Positions 46,500-55,962 of a stretch of 64,000 nt of DNA are shown in pieces (positions within the stretch are counted from its first letter, which is position 1; every line of letters begins with the position of its first letter). The notes beneath the pieces were generated by a model, which was not told the DNA's origin, did not search any database, and worked only from the letters and a program-made list of their open reading frames with translations. A program made the position numbers and the translations under genes. This DNA comes from Candidatus Nomurabacteria bacterium. GTDB taxonomy: Bacteria; Patescibacteriota; Minisyncoccia; Phycocordibacterales; CALRBL01. The DNA is taken from the NCBI GenBank assembly GCA_963834935.1, contig CAWIDS010000001.1, positions 1,338 through 65,337 on the forward strand. Direction: 5' to 3'.

Positions 46500-46577
46500 T
46501 TATTTCTTTCCTTTCTTCTTTGTAGCTTTCTTCTTCTTTGCTACAACTTTCTTCTTTGCTTTCTTCTTTGCTGGCAT
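46500..46577 (-). CDS. Tiny lysine-rich peptide (MPAKKKAKKKVVAKKKKATKKKGKK, 25 aa). Speculative.
   Basis: ATG to TAA ORF built from an AAG/AAA simple repeat. Followed on the minus strand by the 46450-46488 hairpin. Confidence 0.25.
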   Translation of the reverse strand: MPAKKKAKKKVVAKKKKATKKKGKK

Positions 46578-46707
46578 AGTATTGAAATTACTTATAATAG
46601 GTATTTGCATTAGCGACCTAAATTTCTAATACAAAAACTTAATGTAATTATCTAACAAATAAATTGCTTACACAAACTTTTTTTCGTAAAACTGTGGATA
46701 ACTTTAG

Positions 46708-46788
46708 AAAAATAAAAGTGAAATAAATATTTTTGTTCGAGCGCCGGGACGGCTAAACCACAAAAATATTTATTTCACTTTTATTTTT
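46708..46788. repeat. 28-bp perfect inverted repeat (AT-rich arms) around a 25-nt GC-rich loop. Overlaps the dus stop codon.
   Basis: AAAAATAAAAGTGAAATAAATATTTTTG...CAAAAATATTTATTTCACTTTTATTTTT. The loop contains GCCGggaCGGC. Confidence 0.75.
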
Positions 46789-47764
46789 TTAAGATGGCGG
46801 AGACTTCAGCGAAAGAATTTGTTTCCATTAATTTTATTCGGAGTTCTTTTGCGCCATCAAAACCATTGAGATATGATTTGAAATGTTTTTTCATCAGCGC
46901 GAAATTCTTGATATCACCAAGGAGTTCATCGAAAAGCCTAGTGTGTTCCAAAAGAACCTTGATTTTCTCCTCTTCAGTAGGCTTTTTAGCCTTGCTGAAG
47001 AGCCATGGATTACCAAAAATGGCTCTGCCGAGCATGGCGCCGTCAGCTCCCGACTCTTTTACCCTTTGCTCTGCGTCCGCAAGATCAACGAGGTCGCCGT
47101 TTCCCAGAATAAAGGTCTTCACTTCATCGTCCTTCTGCATCTCATCACGGATCTTTACCACTTCATTAAGATGTTCCCATCGTGCGGGGACTTTCGACAT
47201 CTCTTTCATGGTCCGTGCATGCACAATAAGTGCATCAGGCTTTTCTGCCAGTAATTCTGGAATCCATTTATCAAGCTCGACCTTGTTGTAGCCGACACGA
47301 GTCTTTACCGAAATGCCAATCATGGGTACTCCTTTTTCTTTTGCTTCGTCTTCCGCGCCGTTGCGAAGCGCTTTGATGAGCTCGCGTGCCAGCTTCGGAT
47401 TTTTTATGAGCGATGCTCCCGCTCCTTGCTTCATCACCGCCTTGTCGGGACATCCCATATTTATATCCGCACCATCGAAACCAAGCCGCACCGCCAGTCT
47501 TCCTGCTTCATACATGTATTCAGGCTTCGAACTGAAGAACTGTGCTACGATCGGCCTCTCGCTCTCATTAAAAACAAGATCACGAAGAAGCTTTTCCTTC
47601 CCTTCTGGGTGGGCCAAAGCCAAACCATCCGCCGAGACAAATTCGGTCCACATCACGTCCGGCTTTCCATACTTCGCGATGACGCGCCGAAAAGACGTGT
47701 CTGTGACGTTCGCCATGGGCGCAAGCACCATTATCGGCTTTTTGAGTTTGTTCCAGAATGTCAT
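46781..47764 (-). CDS. dus: tRNA-dihydrouridine synthase.
   Basis: TIM-barrel Dus motifs VLAPMANVTD and MGCP. 327 aa. Confidence 0.9.
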   Translation of the reverse strand: MTFWNKLKKPIMVLAPMANVTDTSFRRVIAKYGKPDVMWTEFVSADGLALAHPEGKEKLLRDLVFNESERPIVAQFFSSKPEYMYEAGRLAVRLGFDGADINMGCPDKAVMKQGAGASLIKNPKLARELIKALRNGAEDEAKEKGVPMIGISVKTRVGYNKVELDKWIPELLAEKPDALIVHARTMKEMSKVPARWEHLNEVVKIRDEMQKDDEVKTFILGNGDLVDLADAEQRVKESGADGAMLGRAIFGNPWLFSKAKKPTEEEKIKVLLEHTRLFDELLGDIKNFALMKKHFKSYLNGFDGAKELRIKLMETNSFAEVSAILKK

Positions 47765-48210
47765 TATAAATTCTTCTCGAGAACCACACTTATTTCCTTT
47801 GCTCCTTTTCTTTTATAGAATTCTATAGCTTTGGTATTGCCTGCAGATGCCACATAACGAATTCTTTGTACTTGCTTATCTCGGCACCATCCTTCAAAAG
47901 ATTCTATTAATTTACCTCCTATTCCATGACCTCGATAAGATTCATTTACGTACATATTTTCTCCCTCGGCTAATTTGGTAACTGTGGTATAGTCTTCTTT
48001 TTCAATCATTCCGCCGGCGATGTAACCCACAATATCGCCTTCATTTTGAATCCTATAAGTAAAATAGTTTCTTCCCGCCTCGGAGAAGGAATATTCCCTA
48101 TTGATCATGGGATCAAATTCATTATTCTCTTTAATACACAGTTCATTATTCAATTTCTGAATTATCTCTAGATCATTGATTGTCGCTTTTCTTACGATTA
48201 TGTTTTCCAT
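47764..48210 (-). CDS. GNAT-family N-acetyltransferase.
   Basis: Acetyl-CoA-binding motif RGHGIGGKLI. Confidence 0.85.
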   Translation of the reverse strand: MENIIVRKATINDLEIIQKLNNELCIKENNEFDPMINREYSFSEAGRNYFTYRIQNEGDIVGYIAGGMIEKEDYTTVTKLAEGENMYVNESYRGHGIGGKLIESFEGWCRDKQVQRIRYVASAGNTKAIEFYKRKGAKEISVVLEKNL

Positions 48211-48223
48211 TTCTGTTTAAATA

Positions 48224-50830
48224 TTACTTTCCTAACACCTTCTTCAGATACTTTCCTGTATAGCTCTTCGGATTGTTGGCAACTTCCTCAGGGGTTCCCT
48301 TTGCGACAATGTTTCCACCAGCATCCCCTCCTTCAGGGCCGATGTCGATAATGAAGTCCGAAGACTTGATGAGGTCGATGTTATGTTCGATGACGATGAC
48401 GGTATTTCCCTTGTCAACCAGCTTCTGGATGATCTCGATGAGTTTCTTCACGTCTTCATAGTGAAGCCCGATGGTCGGCTCGTCCAAAATATATATCGAT
48501 TTTTGGATATGGGGGCGATAGAGCTCCGAAGAGATCTTCACGCGCTGCGCTTCTCCTCCTGAAAGTGTCGTCGCTGATTGCCCGAGCTCAAGATAACCAA
48601 GACCCACTTCATCAAGAGTCTTCAGCCGATCTGAAATGGATGGAATATCTTCGAAGAATTTCAAGGCTTCCTCGACAGTCATGCACAGCACGTCGTAAAT
48701 GCTCTTCTTCTTGTACTTCACTTCAAGCGTCTCCTTCATGAAGCGCTTGCCATTACAGACGTCGCAAGTCACGTAGACGGTCGGTAGGAAATGCATCTCC
48801 ACTTCTATCATACCGTTCCCTTGGCAGGTCTCGCAGCGGCCGCCTTTTACGTTGAATGAGAAGCGATTGGCTTTCCATCCGCGAGCCTTGGCTTCCGAAG
48901 TCTCGGCGAACATGTCGCGAATATGGGTGAAAGCACCGGTGTAGGTGGCTGGATTCGATCGGGGCGTGCGGCCGATCGGCGATTGATCGATGAGTATCGA
49001 GCGTCCGAGATATTCTGTACCGGTGAAGCTTCCGACATTGAAGAGTTTCGCTGTGCGGTAATTCTTCTCGAGGCGTGCCTGCAGATTTTGATGAATGATT
49101 TCGTAAACGAACGATGATTTTCCCGATCCCGAAACTCCGGTCACGCAAATGAAGCGGCTAAGCGGGATATCGACATTCAGATTCTTGATATTAAAAACAT
49201 TTCCTCCGCGAATCGAAAGCATGCCCATTTCCTTCGAACGCCTTTTCTGCGGAATTTCGATAACAGATTCGCCTCGCAGGTAGCTCAAAGTCAGCGAGCC
49301 GGATATGTTCTTCTTGGCGGTCAGAAGCTCGTCGAGATAGCCTGAGACGACGACATTTCCTCCATGCACGCCGGCACCCGGGCCGATATCTATGATGTAA
49401 TCCGACGCATATATGGTGTCTTCGTCGTGTTCCACTACTATTATGGTGTTCCCTGCGTCGCGAAGGCTGAGCAGCGTCTGGATGAGACGGTCATTATCCC
49501 GCTGGTGTAAGCCAATGGTCGGCTCGTCGAGAACATAAAGCGCTCCTACCAATCCAGAGCCGAGTTGCGAAGCCAGGCGGATACGCTGAGCCTCGCCTCC
49601 CGAAAGCGTATTGGCCCGACGCGAAAGCGACAGGTACTCAATGCCGACATCGTTCATGAAATTCAGGCGCGATTGGATTTCCTTTACCACCACTTTCGAA
49701 ATCTCTTTTTCTTTCGGCGATAGCTTCAGGCTTTTGAAGAAATCCGAGGCCCCTTTGATCGATTTGTCTACCAGATTGATGATGTTTATCTTCCCGCCAT
49801 CAACGATCAAGAAAACGTTTAAGGCTTCTTCGCGTAGACGTGCGCCATGGCATTTAGGGCATGGCTCATTGACGAAGAATCCCCGCGTGCCCAAACCATT
49901 GCACTCGGGGCAAGCGCCATACGGCGAGTTGAAAGAGAAAAGGCGCGGCTCGATCTCAGGATATGAGAAGCCATCGAACGGGCACATGAATTTCGAAGAG
50001 ATGAGGTGATCATCAGTCGGAGTGACAATGCGGAGCAATCCTTCGGATTCACCAAGTGCTTTCTCGATAGCCTCATTCAAGCGCTCGTCAAAAGCCTCTT
50101 TCTGCTTCTTGTCCTTGCTCGCGAGCTCAGATACATAAAAAGCATCAACAAGCACGTCGATACTGTGCTTCTTATTCTTCGAAAGAATGATCTGCTCGCG
50201 GAGCTTGTGCTTCACGCCGTCTACGCGCACTTCTTCATATCCTTTACCGAGAAGGTCATAGAGAAGCTGATAGTATTCACCTTTCCTTCCGACAACAAGC
50301 GGAGAGTAGATCGAGAACGTGAGATCGTCATAGGAAACACCCATGACTTCCTTCTTGCTTTTGACGGTATCAATGGTATTGACGGTCTTGATTATGCTCT
50401 CGAGAATCTCTTCCTTTGAGAGCTTCTTGATTTCCCTTCCACAGACGAGGCAATGCGGGCGGCCGATGCGGGCGAAGAGGATGCGGAGATAATCGTAGAT
50501 TTCGGTGATGGTGGCGACAGTGGAGCGAGGATTGTTCGAGCGGGATTTCTGGTCGATAGAGATAGCAGGCGAAAGGCCAGTGATCTCGTCGACATCCGGC
50601 TTCTGCATCTGGCGGAGGAATTGGCGGGCGTATGAGGAAAGCGACTCGACATAACGCCTCTGCCCTTCGGCAAAAATGGTATCGAAAGCAAGCGACGACT
50701 TTCCGGAGCCAGAAAGTCCGGTAATGGCCACCATCTTATTGCGCGGCATTTCCACAGTAATATCCTTCAGATTATGTGTCCGTGCTCCTTTGACAACTAT
50801 CTTTTCCTGGTGTTCTTTAGGTGTTTTCAT
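48224..50830 (-). CDS. uvrA: Excinuclease ABC subunit UvrA.
   Basis: Two ABC ATPase modules (GLSGSGKSS and GVSGSGKSS) plus zinc fingers. Start MKTPKEH. The ORF track over-extended to a GTG at 50869. TATAAT lies about 9 nt upstream of the ATG. Confidence 0.95.
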   Translation of the reverse strand: MKTPKEHQEKIVVKGARTHNLKDITVEMPRNKMVAITGLSGSGKSSLAFDTIFAEGQRRYVESLSSYARQFLRQMQKPDVDEITGLSPAISIDQKSRSNNPRSTVATITEIYDYLRILFARIGRPHCLVCGREIKKLSKEEILESIIKTVNTIDTVKSKKEVMGVSYDDLTFSIYSPLVVGRKGEYYQLLYDLLGKGYEEVRVDGVKHKLREQIILSKNKKHSIDVLVDAFYVSELASKDKKQKEAFDERLNEAIEKALGESEGLLRIVTPTDDHLISSKFMCPFDGFSYPEIEPRLFSFNSPYGACPECNGLGTRGFFVNEPCPKCHGARLREEALNVFLIVDGGKINIINLVDKSIKGASDFFKSLKLSPKEKEISKVVVKEIQSRLNFMNDVGIEYLSLSRRANTLSGGEAQRIRLASQLGSGLVGALYVLDEPTIGLHQRDNDRLIQTLLSLRDAGNTIIVVEHDEDTIYASDYIIDIGPGAGVHGGNVVVSGYLDELLTAKKNISGSLTLSYLRGESVIEIPQKRRSKEMGMLSIRGGNVFNIKNLNVDIPLSRFICVTGVSGSGKSSFVYEIIHQNLQARLEKNYRTAKLFNVGSFTGTEYLGRSILIDQSPIGRTPRSNPATYTGAFTHIRDMFAETSEAKARGWKANRFSFNVKGGRCETCQGNGMIEVEMHFLPTVYVTCDVCNGKRFMKETLEVKYKKKSIYDVLCMTVEEALKFFEDIPSISDRLKTLDEVGLGYLELGQSATTLSGGEAQRVKISSELYRPHIQKSIYILDEPTIGLHYEDVKKLIEIIQKLVDKGNTVIVIEHNIDLIKSSDFIIDIGPEGGDAGGNIVAKGTPEEVANNPKSYTGKYLKKVLGK

Positions 50831-50903
50831 TAACGCGTAATTATATAAGATAAAAAAGTCCCCGTCCACCTTTGCAAGTGGCGAGGACAGAACGCGGATA
50901 CCG

Positions 50904-51110
50904 CTAGTGGGCAGGGCAAGCCGGGTGTAAATTGCGGAGGGAATCCGCTATCCTCTGGGCTACTCCAGCTGGATCGCGGTCAGATTCATCGATAAAACTA
51001 TCGAGGTCTTCTTTCCGTTGTTGCTGCCGTTGGCGCTCAAGGTCATCGGGCAGGCGTTGCTCCTGTTGCTGCGGCACGCAGCGTTGAAATGCATGGGGTT
51101 CGAGTTCCAT
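50904..51110 (-). CDS. Small Gln/acidic-rich hypothetical protein (68 aa).
   Basis: Sits in a GC-rich island. A hairpin plus TTTTTT terminator lies just downstream on the minus strand. The alternative frame ORF 50960..51175 has no terminator or SD logic. Confidence 0.4.
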   Translation of the reverse strand: MELEPHAFQRCVPQQQEQRLPDDLERQRQQQRKEDLDSFIDESDRDPAGVAQRIADSLRNLHPACPAH

Positions 51111-51183
51111 AAATGCTTCTCGTGGGTTGGTTTTGAGATCTGATTTAATAGTACTCCTCCTATTTTATTTTGCAAAACAGTTC

Positions 51184-51651
51184 CTATCTCGTTACGGAGA
51201 TCTGCTTGGTCGGATCCACCTCGCTTTTAGCACTGATGGTAATATGTCCGTTTAGATCCTGGAATATCGAATATGCGGTATCGTAATCAGTAAGCGACTT
51301 AAAATAAGCAGACTGATCCGTCGGATCGAATGGTACTGAAGCAAGATAGGTAGGCACTATGCAGGAAGCGATGTCGCTGCTTGAAGAAACGGAAGAGATG
51401 ATCGTTGTTGTCGCTGGTAGAGCCTTAGTCGAACTGCCGCAGGTGAATACCCCTTTATTCTCGGAAAAATTCTGGCCGATGGCATTCAATATCGCATTGA
51501 CATGGACTGCCCTTTCGGAATCCCTTGCAAGCTTGAATTGTCGGGCCGGGTTTACGGCTACCAGCACTGCAGTCGAAAGAAGAGCTATAAGCCCTATGAC
51601 GACCAGCATTTCCACTAAAGTGAATCCCCCTTCATTTATTTTTTTCTTCAT
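51184..51651 (-). CDS. Type IV pilin.
   Basis: Signal MKKKINEGG|FTLVEMLVVIGLIALLS with Glu at +5. Confidence 0.9.
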   Translation of the reverse strand: MKKKINEGGFTLVEMLVVIGLIALLSTAVLVAVNPARQFKLARDSERAVHVNAILNAIGQNFSENKGVFTCGSSTKALPATTTIISSVSSSSDIASCIVPTYLASVPFDPTDQSAYFKSLTDYDTAYSIFQDLNGHITISAKSEVDPTKQISVTR

Positions 51652-51696
51652 GGATCAATCGTAACCAAAAGAAGTCAAAGGAAGATAAAGGATGTT

Positions 51697-51909
51697 TCAA
51701 CAGCTTATTAAGAAATCCGGGTCGTATGACTTGTACAATGCTGCCCTATTAAGGCAGCTCTGCTTGCGATAATAATCATCAAGGTAAAGCTCGTGCCTGA
51801 GAACGGCATAACGAAGATTGCTGAGTTCTTCGTGTGTCGAATAGGCAATCATAAAAAGAAAAGATGCCAACATCAATATAGGGAGAAGTATGATAAAGCC
51901 CTTATTCAT
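51697..51909 (-). CDS. Small membrane protein (70 aa).
   Basis: One N-terminal TM helix. Its start overlaps the stop of the upstream 51-aa ORF. Confidence 0.45.
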   Translation of the reverse strand: MNKGFIILLPILMLASFLFMIAYSTHEELSNLRYAVLRHELYLDDYYRKQSCLNRAALYKSYDPDFLISC

Positions 51910-52057
51910 TGATATGGCTTAGGAATAATTGGTACTCGGCATTTATCTGTCTTGATAAGGCCCCTTCGGCATTCGTGATCTCAAAAAAAGAAACGAATGC
52001 CGCTGACAGGATAAAAGCTGCAAGAATATGATAGACGATCATTTCGAATAAAGTCAT
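51902..52057 (-). CDS. Small membrane protein (51 aa), translationally coupled.
   Basis: ATGA overlap with the stop of the 432-aa gene. Hydrophobic MTLFEMIVYHILAAFILSAAFVSFF. Below the ORF-track length cut-off. Confidence 0.4.
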   Translation of the reverse strand: MTLFEMIVYHILAAFILSAAFVSFFEITNAEGALSRQINAEYQLFLSHINE

Positions 52058-53352
52058 AGCGATGGTTTGATAACATAAATAAATAAGCCGCTTTCAGTAA
52101 TGATATAGAACGTATCTTGATCACAATCAAAAGCGACAGGTTTTGAGGAAAAGGCAATGGGCAAAGAATTTTGACGTGCAGCAGAAGATGACGCTGTCTG
52201 ATAGATGAGAAAGCCGTCGGCAAGATTCGTATCGGCGACAAAAAGAAGATTTCCATAGGCCAGTATTCCTGCCACGCTCGAACCAAGTGGAAAAGAGAAT
52301 TTTTTCTGAGTAGGAGATGATGTGGCTGTCAAGGCGAATAACTCATCCTTGCCGACCGTCCTGCCTAAAAAGACAGTGTCAAGAAACAATGAAAGGCGTT
52401 TTCCATTTCCTGAGCCTCCAGGAGCATCGAATGACGAATAAGGAGAAATGACCCCTGATGATGAAAGCGAGAATATCTCCAACTCAGAATTATTCGGACT
52501 TGCGACATAAACCTTGTCTTTAAAAGCGAATATGTCATTTACAGCATTTCCTATCTCGTATGACGAAGTCTCCTTCGGCAATAATGGATTGCTTGCATCT
52601 ATGACATGAAGCTCCGCAATCTGGCTTTTCTGCGTTCCTAAGAATATCTTCCCTGCCTTGTAGAAAAGAGCACTACCCACCGTCGTCTCATCATTATATT
52701 TTCCCGGCAGCTTGAAAGAAGATACTATGTAAGGATGGCTTTTATCTGAGATGTCGATAATCTGAAGCTGCGCATTAATGCTGCTGTTTCCGAGATAGGC
52801 ATGATTACCCGCAACCTTTATCGCAAGAGCTCCAGGCCCAGTATCAAGAGAAGAAAGCAAACGAGGGTATGCAGGGTTTGATACGTCGAAGGCAAAGAAG
52901 TCAGGATCAGTAGATGAGGCGGAATTTGCTGACAAGTAAAGTGATGTGCCAACGATATCGATTCCTGTTATGCTTATTCCCGCCCGAATGAAGGACGACA
53001 GATCGAGAACAGAATGGGAAGGGTTCTTCCACTGCGAGACATCTTGGTCCGGCCTGCACGAGCTTTGGCCGAGGCTTTCAGAAGTGTCGACAATATCCTC
53101 GGAAAGAGTGAACGAAGAAATCGTCACCACAGCTTTCTTAGTGAAATTATCAATATCGGTCGTCGATGCGGACGAGATATCAGAACCAAGATATTCATTC
53201 GCCAGATACATCGCCAATTCCCTGGAACTTATCTCAGTTATATCATGCTGATCTTCGAAAAGAATGAGGCAGATCAAGCTGATTGCTGCGACAAAGACCG
53301 CGCTCGCCACGAGCAATTCCAAAATGAGCATCCCGCGGTCCGTATTTTTCAT
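52054..53352 (-). CDS. Large prepilin-like protein: class III signal/pilin N-terminus fused to an LVIVD-repeat beta-propeller. Candidate pilus-tip adhesin.
   Basis: N-terminus RG|MLILELLVASAVF with Glu at +5. Repeats FFAFDVSNPAYP...GNHAYLG, LQIIDISDKSHPY, LHVIDASNPLLP and LEIFSLSSSG fit LVIVD-type repeats. Confidence 0.6.
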   Translation of the reverse strand: MKNTDRGMLILELLVASAVFVAAISLICLILFEDQHDITEISSRELAMYLANEYLGSDISSASTTDIDNFTKKAVVTISSFTLSEDIVDTSESLGQSSCRPDQDVSQWKNPSHSVLDLSSFIRAGISITGIDIVGTSLYLSANSASSTDPDFFAFDVSNPAYPRLLSSLDTGPGALAIKVAGNHAYLGNSSINAQLQIIDISDKSHPYIVSSFKLPGKYNDETTVGSALFYKAGKIFLGTQKSQIAELHVIDASNPLLPKETSSYEIGNAVNDIFAFKDKVYVASPNNSELEIFSLSSSGVISPYSSFDAPGGSGNGKRLSLFLDTVFLGRTVGKDELFALTATSSPTQKKFSFPLGSSVAGILAYGNLLFVADTNLADGFLIYQTASSSAARQNSLPIAFSSKPVAFDCDQDTFYIITESGLFIYVIKPSL

Positions 53353-53353
53353 A

Positions 53354-54382
53354 TTAGTGGGGAATGCTTACGGAAGAAGTGAGCTTGTAGATCGGCCCTA
53401 TCAAGGAAAGCGCTATAAAGCCGATTACCGAACCGAGAAAAACCATCAATGCCGGCTCGATAAGAACAAAAAGGCTTTCTTGCATATCTTTGATATCTTC
53501 TTCGCAAATATGGGCGAAATGAGAAAGAGTCTCGGACAAATTACCTGTCTCCTCACCAAGAATGATGAATTGAACCATCTCATGAGAGAAAAGGGGTGTG
53601 CCAGAAAGAAGCGTCTTAGAAAAGCGCGTGCCTTCCTTCAATAATGAGAGGATTAAAAGATATTCTTTTCTGATAAATGCACTCTTCTCCGTTTCGGATA
53701 TATGCGCCAAGGATTCGACCAAGGTGTAGCCGCTTTTCAGGAATAATGAAAGGCTTGAGGCGAATGAATGAAGTAAAGATAGTTTCGCCCATTTTTTCAG
53801 GAAAGGGATCTTGAAAAGATATTCTTTTTTGAATGAAAGATGAAATGAAGCAATGATGATAATTCCAGAAAATAATGCCGCCTGCCAGTGCATTTCCAAA
53901 AAAGCTGTCGAATGGACAAGTATCCGAGTGGGCAACGGTAAAGAAATGTCGCTTTCGGCAAATAAAGGAAGGATCTTGGGAAATACGAAAAAAATCAGGA
54001 ATGAAATAAGCACTATCGAGAAGCCGACTATGCACATTGGGTACATGAGAAGGGCAAAAAGCTTTCTCTTTCTCGATATCTTTCCTTCGAGGATGCCTGC
54101 AATCGTATGAACTCCCTCTTTTATCTTTCCCGTCAATTCAGAGCTCTCTAAAATGCGGATCATATCCTTTTCGAGAAAGCGGCCTTTAGCGTCGAAAGCC
54201 TTATGGATGCGAGATCCTTCCCTGATGCGCGAAATGACCTCTTCTATCAAGGATTTCATATGCCTTTTTTGCTCTCTTCCGTTGATTATGTGCAAAGCTT
54301 CCGAGAACGGAATACCCGACGAGAGCAAGAAAGAAAGCTTCTTCATGAAAGAAAACTGATCCTTAAGACTTGCGCTCCTCAT
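53354..54382 (-). CDS. pilC: Type IV pilus / T2SS platform protein (GspF family).
   Basis: Two GspF-like domains (FSFMKKLSFLLSSGIPFSEAL and FSHEMVQFIILGEETGNLSETL). Three TM helices. Confidence 0.85.
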   Translation of the reverse strand: MRSASLKDQFSFMKKLSFLLSSGIPFSEALHIINGREQKRHMKSLIEEVISRIREGSRIHKAFDAKGRFLEKDMIRILESSELTGKIKEGVHTIAGILEGKISRKRKLFALLMYPMCIVGFSIVLISFLIFFVFPKILPLFAESDISLPLPTRILVHSTAFLEMHWQAALFSGIIIIASFHLSFKKEYLFKIPFLKKWAKLSLLHSFASSLSLFLKSGYTLVESLAHISETEKSAFIRKEYLLILSLLKEGTRFSKTLLSGTPLFSHEMVQFIILGEETGNLSETLSHFAHICEEDIKDMQESLFVLIEPALMVFLGSVIGFIALSLIGPIYKLTSSVSIPH

Positions 54383-55224
54383 ATCATTTCGGCAAATAAT
54401 TTCCTCCCCTTATCAGGATGCGAGATCAATCTTTGATGAACCTGAAGCTGAAGGACTGATCTCAGAAGGTTTTCATCCACACCGAGATAGATGAACCTCT
54501 CTCGAATGGAGCGAACGGAAGAAGCGTGGATAGTAGAAAGCACGAGATGACCGGTGAGCGCGGCATGCACTGCCATCTCTGCGGTCTCCGAATCGCGGAT
54601 CTCGCCAATCATGATGATATCCGGATCCTGCCTCAGCACTGATCTTAATACTGTCGAGAAACGGAGCAATGTATTCCCGCCCACTTCAATCTGCCTAGCT
54701 CCACGTAGCCGGCATTCGACTGGATCTTCGACGGTTACGATCGAAACTGAATCGTTATTAAGCAAAGACAGGATCGAGTAGAGCGTTGTCGTCTTTCCGG
54801 ATCCGGTTGACCCGCCGATGACGATCAGGCCCTCATTGCTTATCGAATCATCAAGACGCCTTATCTGTTCCTTGTCAAAACCGAGATCCTCTAATTTCGG
54901 AATGCCTTGATTTGAACAGAAAAGCCTCAGGACAGCATTTTCCCCAAAAGAGGTAGGCATTATCGACACCCTTATATCAACTTCAAAGCCGTCTTTTGAT
55001 ACCCAATGGAATTTCCCATCCTTTGGCAACCTCCGGTCATCAAGCGGTAGCCTAGCAGAAACTTTGATCTGGGAAATGATATTCTCAAATACGAGAGAAT
55101 TACCCGCATTTGCGGGATAAAGGATTCCATCGATGCGATAACGCAAATAGGAATATTCCTTAAAAGGATCAAGATGGATATCCGAAGCGTTTTTATTGAG
55201 TGCATCTTCGATAATTTCATCCAT
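54379..55224 (-). CDS. Type IV pilus / T2SS ATPase (GspE/PilB/PilT family), core domain only.
   Basis: Walker A GGSTGSGKTT, Asp box DPVE, Walker B IIMIGEIRD, His box HLVLSTIH. 281 aa, no N-terminal domain. Overlaps the GspF-family gene by 4 nt. Confidence 0.85.
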   Translation of the reverse strand: MDEIIEDALNKNASDIHLDPFKEYSYLRYRIDGILYPANAGNSLVFENIISQIKVSARLPLDDRRLPKDGKFHWVSKDGFEVDIRVSIMPTSFGENAVLRLFCSNQGIPKLEDLGFDKEQIRRLDDSISNEGLIVIGGSTGSGKTTTLYSILSLLNNDSVSIVTVEDPVECRLRGARQIEVGGNTLLRFSTVLRSVLRQDPDIIMIGEIRDSETAEMAVHAALTGHLVLSTIHASSVRSIRERFIYLGVDENLLRSVLQLQVHQRLISHPDKGRKLFAEMI

Positions 55225-55302
55225 TGAGATATCGTAGCTTCATACCCTTAAACCCCGACCTAACTCCATATCAAATAAACCTAAATCCAGTATAATGGCC
55301 GG

Positions 55303-55899
55303 ATGAATTACCTCGATCCGCTTTTCCTAATCAAAACGCTCGGCCTTGTCGGCGTCATCTTCATTATCTTCGCCGAATCGGGCCTATTCTTCGGCTTCTT
55401 CCTGCCCGGTGATTCGTTGCTCTTCACTGCTGGATTGTTCGCTGCAGAGGGTTATATCAGCCTTCCGCTGCTTATGGCGCTCAGTTTCATTGCTGCGGTG
55501 CTCGGCGACAATGCCGGCTATGCCTTCGGAAAGAAAGTCGGCTTGAACCTTTTCAAGAAAGAAGACTCTTTCATCTTCAAGAAAAGATATCTTGAGCTGA
55601 CTAAAGCCTTCTATGAGAAGCATGGCAAGAAAGCGATTGTCCTTGCCCGCTTCACCCCCATTGTCCGAACCTTCACGCCGATCTTCGCGGGCGTCGCAGA
55701 CATGCCCTACCAGCTTTTCTTCGCCTATAATCTCATCGGGGGGTTTCTCTGGACATCGTTGCTCTGCCTTCTCGGCTTCTTCCTTGGCCACACATTCCCT
55801 GCCATCAACCACTACATCACTCCGATCGTTATTGCCATTATCATCGTCTCCCTCATCCCGAGCGTGATCAAGTTGCTGAAGAATCGAAGTAAAAAATAA
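55303..55899 (+). CDS. DedA-family membrane protein.
   Basis: DedA motif GFFLPGDSLLFTAG. Confidence 0.85.
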   Translation: MNYLDPLFLIKTLGLVGVIFIIFAESGLFFGFFLPGDSLLFTAGLFAAEGYISLPLLMALSFIAAVLGDNAGYAFGKKVGLNLFKKEDSFIFKKRYLELTKAFYEKHGKKAIVLARFTPIVRTFTPIFAGVADMPYQLFFAYNLIGGFLWTSLLCLLGFFLGHTFPAINHYITPIVIAIIIVSLIPSVIKLLKNRSKK

Positions 55900-55962
55900 A
55901 ATCTGGCATGGTTTTTTTCAAAGACGTTGCGAGGCTTGACGGAGCGAGCATTATTTTATCTT

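Noticed and set aside
50870-51183. Possible RNase P, SRP or tmRNA gene. Strings such as AAAGTCC, GGGCAGGG and ACAGAACGCGGATA resemble the RNase P conserved regions CR-I, CR-II and CR-V. GGGGTTCGAGTTCC near 51094-51110 looks like a tRNA T-arm.
   Set aside because: The CR-I-like and CR-V-like strings are only ~30 nt apart, whereas in RNase P RNA they are separated by ~300 nt. No SRP GGAAGCAGCCA motif is present. The putative T-arm cannot form a 5-bp stem. No tmRNA ends (GGGGCUGAUUCUGGAUUCGACGGG... and ...GGUUCGAAUCC...ACCA) are present. The region is better explained by a Q-rich coding ORF with its own terminator.
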